Below the pieces are notes generated by a model, which made no database searches, was not told the DNA's origin, and was given only the letters and a program-made list of their open reading frames with translations. From assembly GCA_030149205.1 (NCBI GenBank), contig JASBSB010000001.1:660001-692000 (forward strand): a stretch of 32,000 nt of DNA. The letters are read 5' to 3'. This document shows positions 16,396 through 22,993 of this stretch, piece after piece. The position numbers and the translations under genes were made by a program. Positions within the stretch are counted from its first letter, which is position 1. Each line of letters begins with the position of its first letter. This stretch comes from Candidatus Heimdallarchaeota archaeon (GTDB lineage Archaea; Asgardarchaeota; Heimdallarchaeia; Heimdallarchaeales; Kariarchaeaceae).

Positions 16396-16857
16396 TTAAC
16401 GCTCTTCTAAGGCAATTTCAACGTGTGTAAGTACATCATTCTTAGCAGAAGAAGACCTAAAAGCTCGGTAGAACATTCTTTTGGTTAATCTACCTTTTTG
16501 AGCTGCTGCGTGAATGACCTGAAGTTTGTCAACCTCTAATCCTTTGAATTCTGCATTTTTTTCAGCTGATTCTAATAAATCTAACATAATTTTTGAGACT
16601 TTAACAGGATATCTTCCAACATCCCAACCAATAAGGTCAGAGCGATGTCCACCTTTCTTATGGTGTCTTTTGAAAGGAACAGATCTTTTCATTGCAATCA
16701 CATCCTCTAAGTACTGTTTTGCATCATCCAACATCATTCCCTTTATCGTGTTACAAACTTCTCTTGCATGTTTATGAGACATGCTGACCTCTCGTGCTGA
16801 GGCAAGTGCTGTTTTATCTGGGTCTAACCCAATTACTGAATACTTGAATCTTGGCAT
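16396..16857 (-). CDS. rpl22: 50S ribosomal protein uL22
   Basis: KHAREVC..IKGM, VPFKRH, GRYPVK, NAEFKGL, HVEIALEE. Confidence 0.98.
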   Translation of the reverse strand: MPRFKYSVIGLDPDKTALASAREVSMSHKHAREVCNTIKGMMLDDAKQYLEDVIAMKRSVPFKRHHKKGGHRSDLIGWDVGRYPVKVSKIMLDLLESAEKNAEFKGLEVDKLQVIHAAAQKGRLTKRMFYRAFRSSSAKNDVLTHVEIALEER

Positions 16858-16867
16858 AATTTTTCAC

Positions 16868-17281
16868 CTATTTCAGAGGTACGAACATGGATGACCGTGT
16901 TGCACCAATACCTGGAGCAGAATGTTTCACAACTTTACGGGCATGTGAGAACTCTCCAAAGTAATTACCTATCTTATCAAATGTCACCTCAATAGGGGAA
17001 AAGGCTTGTCCATTATAAACCTCAACTGTTAGTCCCACGAATTCTGGAAGTATAACAAAATCTCGGATGTGAGTCTTGACAACAATCTGCCTTCCTTGAT
17101 CCATGGCTTGTTTTGCCTTTTTAAGTTTGTTCAAGAGCTTTTTCCTCTCATGATTCCAGTAATCTGGACGTGTAAGACTCCTTCTCTGCCTGGCAGGGAA
17201 GAACTCAACCACCTCATCAAGTGAGAGCTCCTGTAACTCACGTAGAGTCTTACCTCGGTATGTTGTTAATCTTTTACTCAT
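16868..17281 (-). CDS. rps19: 30S ribosomal protein uS19
   Basis: YRGKTL.EL, FPARQRRSL, VKTH.RD, YNG..F, GEFS, HSAPGIGATRSSMFVPLK. The alternative start at 17293 cannot be excluded. Confidence 0.98.
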   Translation of the reverse strand: MSKRLTTYRGKTLRELQELSLDEVVEFFPARQRRSLTRPDYWNHERKKLLNKLKKAKQAMDQGRQIVVKTHIRDFVILPEFVGLTVEVYNGQAFSPIEVTFDKIGNYFGEFSHARKVVKHSAPGIGATRSSMFVPLK

Positions 17282-17626
17282 AGTTACATGCAAATGTAAA
17301 ACTTACGTTATTTTAAATTAACTAAAGAGTTCTAGTTAACTGATGCTCAAGTCTTAAGATTTCTTTGAGATATTAATAAGGTACACTTGGCTATCGCCTC
17401 TACGTTTAAGAGTTTCTTTGATTGTGAGTGTAGAAGAGTTGATGAGAATAGAAGATAAAGAATTTCAATTCTCATTTCAACACTAAAATTTTGTTGTAAT
17501 ATGACAATCATAATTGAAACCTTTGAAACCATTTGTTTAATTTGCGAAAACAACTTGAATGGTAAATTACGAGTTTGGGAAGAACTAATAGAATCCTTTT
17601 TGAATGAGTATGTTAGATTACAATTA

Positions 17627-17812
17627 ATGTCTATTCGTCAAAAGAGGAGTAAAAACACAGCACCGATGCCTTCAACAGGTGCAGGTCTGATGAGATATTT
17701 TGATGAGGAACTTCCAGGTCGAAAAATTAGTGCACGAGGTGCACTCATCTATACTGCTGTTCTGATTGCAGTTGTTGTGTTTCTTAAAAGCACATTCAAA
17801 AGTACCCTCTAA
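17627..17812 (+). CDS. secG: Preprotein translocase subunit Sec61beta
   Basis: PSTGAGLMRYFDEE..G.KI followed by one C-terminal hydrophobic segment. Start placed at the ATG at 17627. Confidence 0.9.
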   Translation: MSIRQKRSKNTAPMPSTGAGLMRYFDEELPGRKISARGALIYTAVLIAVVVFLKSTFKSTL

Positions 17813-18047
17813 TCAACTCAAAAAATCCAAAGTTCATAAAAGATCTACTTGATTCTAAAGTTTTTAATTGAACAAAGTTGTAAAATACTTCTCATAACAA
17901 ATTACTCTATAAATTCTTTAATTTGACGACTTAAGACACTAAAATAAGTTTACAATTCATTGCGTCTGACATCGTTCAGTTAAACGTTCCTAGAGTTAAA
18001 TTACATCCATGGTGGTTAATAACTCCAGTTTAATTTTTAAATTTCAG

Positions 18048-18536
18048 TTACCTTTTGGAGAATATTTCTAATTCTCTCGCTTCAGTCTTAGGGTCGACCT
18101 CAGTTAAATCTATAGAAAATGAATCCATTTGTTTTATGCTCAGAGCCACCTTGATGCTCTCTTCATCTGAAAGCTTTCCGAAAACTGTGTGTACGCCATT
18201 TAGATGCCTAGTGTTTGACTCATTCAATACCACGAAAAATTGTGATCCACCTGTGTTCTTTCCTGCATGAGCCATTGAGAGAGCACCTAGAACATGTTCT
18301 TGACGAGGGGCATCAGTCTCACATTTAATTGTGTAACCTGGTCCACCTGTCCCTGTTTTATTAGGACACCCTCCTTGAATCACAAATTCATCTATTACCC
18401 TATGAAAAGCTGCATCATCATAAAATCCTTTTTGAATCAAACTTACAAAGTTTTTCACGGTATTTGGTGTTGCCTCATCATACAATTCGAAGTTCATGTT
18501 ACCCTTTGGGGTCTTTATTACTCCTCTTGTTGTCAT
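18048..18536 (-). CDS. ppiA: Cyclophilin-type peptidyl-prolyl cis-trans isomerase
   Basis: P.TV.NF..L...GFYD...FHRVI..FVIQGG, GALSMAHAGKNTGGSQFF, HL.G.HTVFG. Confidence 0.96.
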   Translation of the reverse strand: MTTRGVIKTPKGNMNFELYDEATPNTVKNFVSLIQKGFYDDAAFHRVIDEFVIQGGCPNKTGTGGPGYTIKCETDAPRQEHVLGALSMAHAGKNTGGSQFFVVLNESNTRHLNGVHTVFGKLSDEESIKVALSIKQMDSFSIDLTEVDPKTEARELEIFSKR

Positions 18537-18703
18537 AACTATTGGTAGGAGGATATATCATTATAAGGTGTTGATAGTGTCAACTTATTGTCTGCTTATT
18601 CTACAGAGATTTCTCGCGCATACAGTCTTTAAGTTTATAAATCAACTGAAAATAGAAATTTGCTTCATCGCCTATGGAAATAGGGGCAAGCAGGATGAAA
18701 AAC

Positions 18704-18970
18704 ATGAGTGTAAGAATCGGAAGAATTGTTACAAAATTAGCTGGAAGAGAAGCTGGACAGAGAGCAGTCATTGTTAAACTGATAGATAGAAACTTTGCTC
18801 TGATCACTGGTGCTGGAATCTCTGATGTAAAAAGAAGAAGAGCAAATATCAGACACATTGAACCTATGGCTGCAGTTGTTGATATAAAACAGGAAGCCTC
18901 AGATGACGAGGTTGCAAAAGCAGTGCGTGGTAATGCTGAAGCTCTTAGCCTTTTAGAAAACAAAGCTTAA
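18704..18970 (+). CDS. rpl14e: 50S ribosomal protein eL14
   Basis: IGRIVTKLAGREAG...VIV..ID.NF.LITG...VKRRR.NI.HIEP. Start placed at the ATG at 18704 by comparison with family length. Confidence 0.96.
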   Translation: MSVRIGRIVTKLAGREAGQRAVIVKLIDRNFALITGAGISDVKRRRANIRHIEPMAAVVDIKQEASDDEVAKAVRGNAEALSLLENKA

Positions 18971-19087
18971 ATTACAAATTTTTGAAAAATATATTGCTAT
19001 ACTATAAATTATAAAAAGTCTAAACTATAATTTGAGACAAGTAATGTTAAGCTAAATTGGATTTTTATGAGAAATCTTTTATCAAAA

Positions 19088-19996
19088 CTATTCATACTCT
19101 GTGGATGAAGTTTCCCTTTTTGTCACCAATCTAACTCCAGAGATGATCAAGAAAAATGCAAGGATATAAATGTAAGAGAAGTTCTCACCAAGGAGTAGTG
19201 TAGCGAGAATTGCCCCCAAAATTGGCACAAGATTCACAAAGATTGAGGTCTTTGAGGGACCGATTGATTTGATACCAAAGGAAAAGATTGAATTGGCAAT
19301 TGCTGCTGCAAAAAGACCAAGGTAGATTAGGATTAGCCAGCTTGTCGTTGAAGGGCGAACACTGAGTGGGTTTTCAAACAGTGAGACTACCCCCAACCCC
19401 AACCAACCATAAAACGAGGCCCAAGCCTGATAGGTAATGGGTTCAACATGTTCATATACTGGTCTTGAAAAGGTGGAGTACAGAGCCCAGACCAAGGCTC
19501 CACCAAAAATAATCAGGTCTCCAAGGATTCTGTTGCTTACTTGTGTGTTTGGTGAAAAAAGAAAAATCATAAGTTCTCCAGAAAACGCCAGCAGAAATCC
19601 CATAGACTTTCTCTTTGTTAATCGCTCATCTGCATAGACAAATGAGGCAAATATAGCAGTTAAGATAGGATTAATCGCAATTATAAGAGCTGCATCAGAA
19701 GCACTTGTAAATCTCAGACCCGTAAAATAGAGATAGTTATACAATGCCACCTGGAGCAACCCTAGCACAAATATCTGTTTATGAAAACTTCGGGGAATTG
19801 ATATCTTCTTATAATACAGCTTGGAGATGAGAAAGAGAAATGGAAAAGCAAAACTGAACCGAATAAAAGCCGCGGTTATAACCTTATCACCGAACTCAAG
19901 TGAGATGAATCTCCCCGCTGGCCAACTCAATCCCCAGAACATTACAACAAACATCATCCCTAAATAGGCCTGGGATTCTGCGTTACCTTTGTTCAT
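19088..19996 (-). CDS. DMT/EamA-family transporter
   Basis: FWGLSWP, two EamA halves, ten hydrophobic segments, LLLGE. Confidence 0.92.
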   Translation of the reverse strand: MNKGNAESQAYLGMMFVVMFWGLSWPAGRFISLEFGDKVITAAFIRFSFAFPFLFLISKLYYKKISIPRSFHKQIFVLGLLQVALYNYLYFTGLRFTSASDAALIIAINPILTAIFASFVYADERLTKRKSMGFLLAFSGELMIFLFSPNTQVSNRILGDLIIFGGALVWALYSTFSRPVYEHVEPITYQAWASFYGWLGLGVVSLFENPLSVRPSTTSWLILIYLGLFAAAIANSIFSFGIKSIGPSKTSIFVNLVPILGAILATLLLGENFSYIYILAFFLIISGVRLVTKRETSSTEYE

Positions 19997-20460
19997 AAAA
20001 ACTGCTCTAGCTGATCTAAGTGTGAGTTTAAATGGTTAATTGTTGCCTCATAAAGCTGTTGAACTGTTACCTCACCAGATTCTGTGTGAGTTCCAATTCG
20101 TTCAAGCTGATCAGTAGAGAGTCTACGAGCAACAGAACCCAATTTCCGCAGATTTGCATTAATCAATGGAAATGTAACAATAGTTGTTAAATTAGAATCA
20201 AGGTAATAAGATAAATTGGCCCATCTATCTTGATCCCATGCAGTTAAGGTCGGATTAGCCTCAGCTAATACGTATTGAATCCTGACTGTGCTCATCATGG
20301 TTGCATCAGCCATGTGGTTTAATACCTGTGAGATTGACCAACCACCTTCTTTGATTTTGTGTGACTGTTTTGGAAAAACTTTTGGGATGATCATTTCCGT
20401 TCTTTCAAGAAGGTCTCTTATTTTATCATGTAACTCTAGCCCGAGTTTGGTTGTTTCCAT
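19993..20460 (-). CDS. DinB/YfiT-family protein
   Basis: GGWSISQVLNHMAD, AWDQD.WA, L.R.G.H...G.VT, H...HL.Q. Confidence 0.85.
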   Translation of the reverse strand: METTKLGLELHDKIRDLLERTEMIIPKVFPKQSHKIKEGGWSISQVLNHMADATMMSTVRIQYVLAEANPTLTAWDQDRWANLSYYLDSNLTTIVTFPLINANLRKLGSVARRLSTDQLERIGTHTESGEVTVQQLYEATINHLNSHLDQLEQFL

Positions 20461-20680
20461 TGTGTTCTCAAGTTTTCAAGAGTTTAAAAAATAATTCTAT
20501 GACCAATGAAAACAATGAGAATTTAATCTTTATTATTAATCTGATTTTATTTAAATTAATTCAATCTATAAAAAACTAAATTGTCCTCAAATCCGTAAAG
20601 AATTAGTAAATAAATTCTATGTCATCAATATTTAAATTTTTTCTTTTTTTAGCCCAAATTGCATAAGCATTGATTAAAAT

Positions 20681-21148
20681 TCACTTACGTTTCTTCCTAA
20701 TAGATTTTGGTGAAATTGCTGCCATAGTGTTTGTGGAATTAATACTGTAAGATGGTTCACCAAATTGATTAATGTATTCATATTTTATTACATTACTTAC
20801 TACACAACGAAATTTTATTGTAGTTCCATCAGATAAAATATATTCATTCCTCGGTTCTTCTATGGGGCGAAATTCAATATCTTCAGACTCTAATTTTTCC
20901 AGATCAGGTGGTAATTTGTTGTTAGATGGTTCACTTCGTAATTCCTGAGGAACAATTGCTGAGACGATTGTCTGAGATAGAACATGATAAATAGGTGAAC
21001 CTCGATTATCATAATCTGAAGTTCTAAATATTTTAATAGGTATGACTGCAATTCTCAATATTGTCCCATCATCTAATTCGTATTTGTTATAATCAAATTT
21101 TTGTACTTTAAAGTCAACATCTTCTTCTATTGATATTTCTCTCTTCAT
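20681..21148 (-). CDS. Hypothetical protein built from two ~65-aa internal repeats
   Basis: Repeats ED(V/I)xF...NxYxLxDGT.(L/I)...G.P.Y. Start placed at the ATG at 21148 (ATGA overlap with the upstream gene). Confidence 0.75.
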   Translation of the reverse strand: MKREISIEEDVDFKVQKFDYNKYELDDGTILRIAVIPIKIFRTSDYDNRGSPIYHVLSQTIVSAIVPQELRSEPSNNKLPPDLEKLESEDIEFRPIEEPRNEYILSDGTTIKFRCVVSNVIKYEYINQFGEPSYSINSTNTMAAISPKSIRKKRK

Positions 21149-21330
21149 GTAGTAACTTCCCATGTTTTGTTCACAACAATGTAACCGTCTCCTCTGCAAG
21201 TAACTGTTTGTGTTTTGTGTGAATTTTTTATTTGTTTGACAGTTGGCTTAGAAATTTTTCTAGCTGTGACAGAAGCTCCTTTAAATCTGAATTTATCGCC
21301 TTCCTTTAAATTGGCTGTGAAATCTGTCAT
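21145..21330 (-). CDS. Small basic hypothetical protein (61 aa)
   Basis: ATGA overlaps with both neighbours support it being a real gene. Confidence 0.6.
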   Translation of the reverse strand: MTDFTANLKEGDKFRFKGASVTARKISKPTVKQIKNSHKTQTVTCRGDGYIVVNKTWEVTT

Positions 21331-21719
21331 TTTATTTTTCCACCTTCCTTTAATTCATCTAATATTTCAAGAATCTCCCAATCATCATAATTAACTAGAT
21401 TCAATATGTCAGTAGTTAAAATTTTAGGAGTTTGCTTTACTAATTTGAATATTGCTTCTTTTGCTTCTTCTCGATTTTTTGGGAAAATTTGCTCTTTAAA
21501 TCGACCTTGTTTTGCAGTTGAAAAATCATATCTAAATTCTTTTACATCTAAAATAACCTTGCCTAAATAATCGTTTTTGACTTTCAAATTTTCCGCTTTA
21601 GATGATTTACCTTCTTCAACACTTAATTCAATAAACTCTCCTATTCTTACAGAATCAGTTAATTCAGATTCATCTTTGAAATCATCATAATTAACCATCA
21701 TAGTATTTTGTTCAGACAC
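21327..21719 (-). CDS. Hypothetical protein with a C-terminal winged-helix-like segment
   Basis: REEAKEAIFKLVKQTPKILTTDILNLVNYDDWEILEILDELKEGGKI. Start is GTG 21719 or a nearby ATG. Confidence 0.65.
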   Translation of the reverse strand: MSEQNTMMVNYDDFKDESELTDSVRIGEFIELSVEEGKSSKAENLKVKNDYLGKVILDVKEFRYDFSTAKQGRFKEQIFPKNREEAKEAIFKLVKQTPKILTTDILNLVNYDDWEILEILDELKEGGKIK

Positions 21720-22496
21720 AATACAACATTCAATAATATCAATATAAATTTAACTAAATCAGTATAAATTATTTTATCCTTTCTAAAATATTTTTTTTTC
21801 ACAGAATGAATTAAGACAAGTTATAAAACTCGTTAAACATATTGTCCCCCTTTAGTTTAACTCAATATTGGTATAAAGGTTATTAGAGTTCGGACAACAT
21901 ATATTTCTAAGAACTTTTTTTCAACAAATTTGAGTTATAGAAAAGATTTTTAATTAATTGCTGATCATTAGTTTTTATAGGTTTATATCTTATAGATTAA
22001 GTTTAGAGACAACAAAGTTACTTTGTAGATGTTATTATCTCGTTTTGAACTCTTGATCTACAAGAATTTCAGTCCAATTGATTCTGCAATCTTCCAGAAT
22101 CATTTGTATTTTTAATAGCTAAATTGTTGCATCAAATGTATGAAAAGCTCTTTTCCAAGCTTACACTAGTATCAGTTTATTTTAAATTCAAGTTGTACTG
22201 ACACAAAAGCATAAATTCTGAAATATATGACTAGTATTTTATCTAAAGTTAAATAGCGTTACATTCAAAATTTTAAAATTATCTCTAAATTTCAATTATG
22301 TACTTTGGTATATTTAGAAAGAATTGAACATTAAGTTTTTCACTCAAGATCTAAAACCTGTTGAAAGAAAAATTATTAAAGAGATTAGCAAAAAAATTTT
22401 CGCATTTTAAACTAAAGAATTTATCGTTGGGTATATCTTGGAAGGGTTCGGGGAGGTAGGTGCATAGTTTATAAACAAAATACAACACTTTTCATA

Positions 22497-22934
22497 ATGG
22501 AACGTCCAAGTTGGGATGTGTATTTTATTGAGCTGGCGCAAAAGGTCGCCACTCGAAGCACTTGTCCTCGAAAGCAGGTTGGTGCGGTTATTATCAAGGA
22601 TAAAAACATCCTTTCAACAGGGTATAATGGGTCTTTACGGGGTTTGCCTCATTGTACAGAAGTTGGATGTCTAATTGAGGATGATCACTGCGTTAGAACT
22701 ATTCATGCAGAGGCAAATGCCATTATCCAAGCAGCAAAACATGGTGTAGAGATTGATGGATCACATATCTATGTCACTGCTTCCCCTTGTTTTAACTGTT
22801 TCAAGCTTATAGCAAACTCTGGGATATCTAAGATCTATTTTCTTGAATTTTACCGAGACAAGCGCATAACAGATTTTGCAGATCAGGTAGGAATAGAGCT
22901 AATTGATTTATCTTCAAGATTGAATACTGAATGA
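22497..22934 (+). CDS. dCMP deaminase / ComEB-family zinc deaminase
   Basis: RSTC.R.QVGAV, TGYNG, HAEANA, PCFNC; TTTATAAA about 22 nt upstream. Confidence 0.93.
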   Translation: MERPSWDVYFIELAQKVATRSTCPRKQVGAVIIKDKNILSTGYNGSLRGLPHCTEVGCLIEDDHCVRTIHAEANAIIQAAKHGVEIDGSHIYVTASPCFNCFKLIANSGISKIYFLEFYRDKRITDFADQVGIELIDLSSRLNTE

Positions 22935-22993
22935 TGTCGATTGAGTATTTGCAGACTAGAACTTTTATTAACTCATTCTACTTCACATGATTT

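Noticed and set aside
17347-17626. 68-aa minus ORF and the 42-aa N-terminal extension of Sec61beta
   Set aside because: No family resemblance; the Sec61beta similarity starts only at ATG 17627; the region reads as a divergent promoter gap.
17960-18030. Possible C/D or H/ACA sRNA (CTGA boxes, GAGTTA/TAACTC stem) between Sec61beta and cyclophilin
   Set aside because: No convincing RTGATGA C box or ACA tail at the expected spacing; it could be a terminator-associated hairpin or chance.
21145-21719. HicA/HicB assignment for the two small cassette genes
   Set aside because: Resemblance is limited to short words (SH…VT, EEA.EAI) and the gene order and domain layout do not fit.
22439-22462. G-rich tract GGAAGGGTTCGGGGAGGTAGG as a tRNA remnant or G-quadruplex
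   Set aside because: No acceptor or T-stem pairing around GGTTCG, and mostly two-G runs; too weak to support.
21720-22496. Replication origin or IS ends in the AT-rich gap
   Set aside because: No ORB-like repeats (TCCAGTGGAAA type), no cdc6 neighbour, and no terminal inverted or direct repeats that I could pair.
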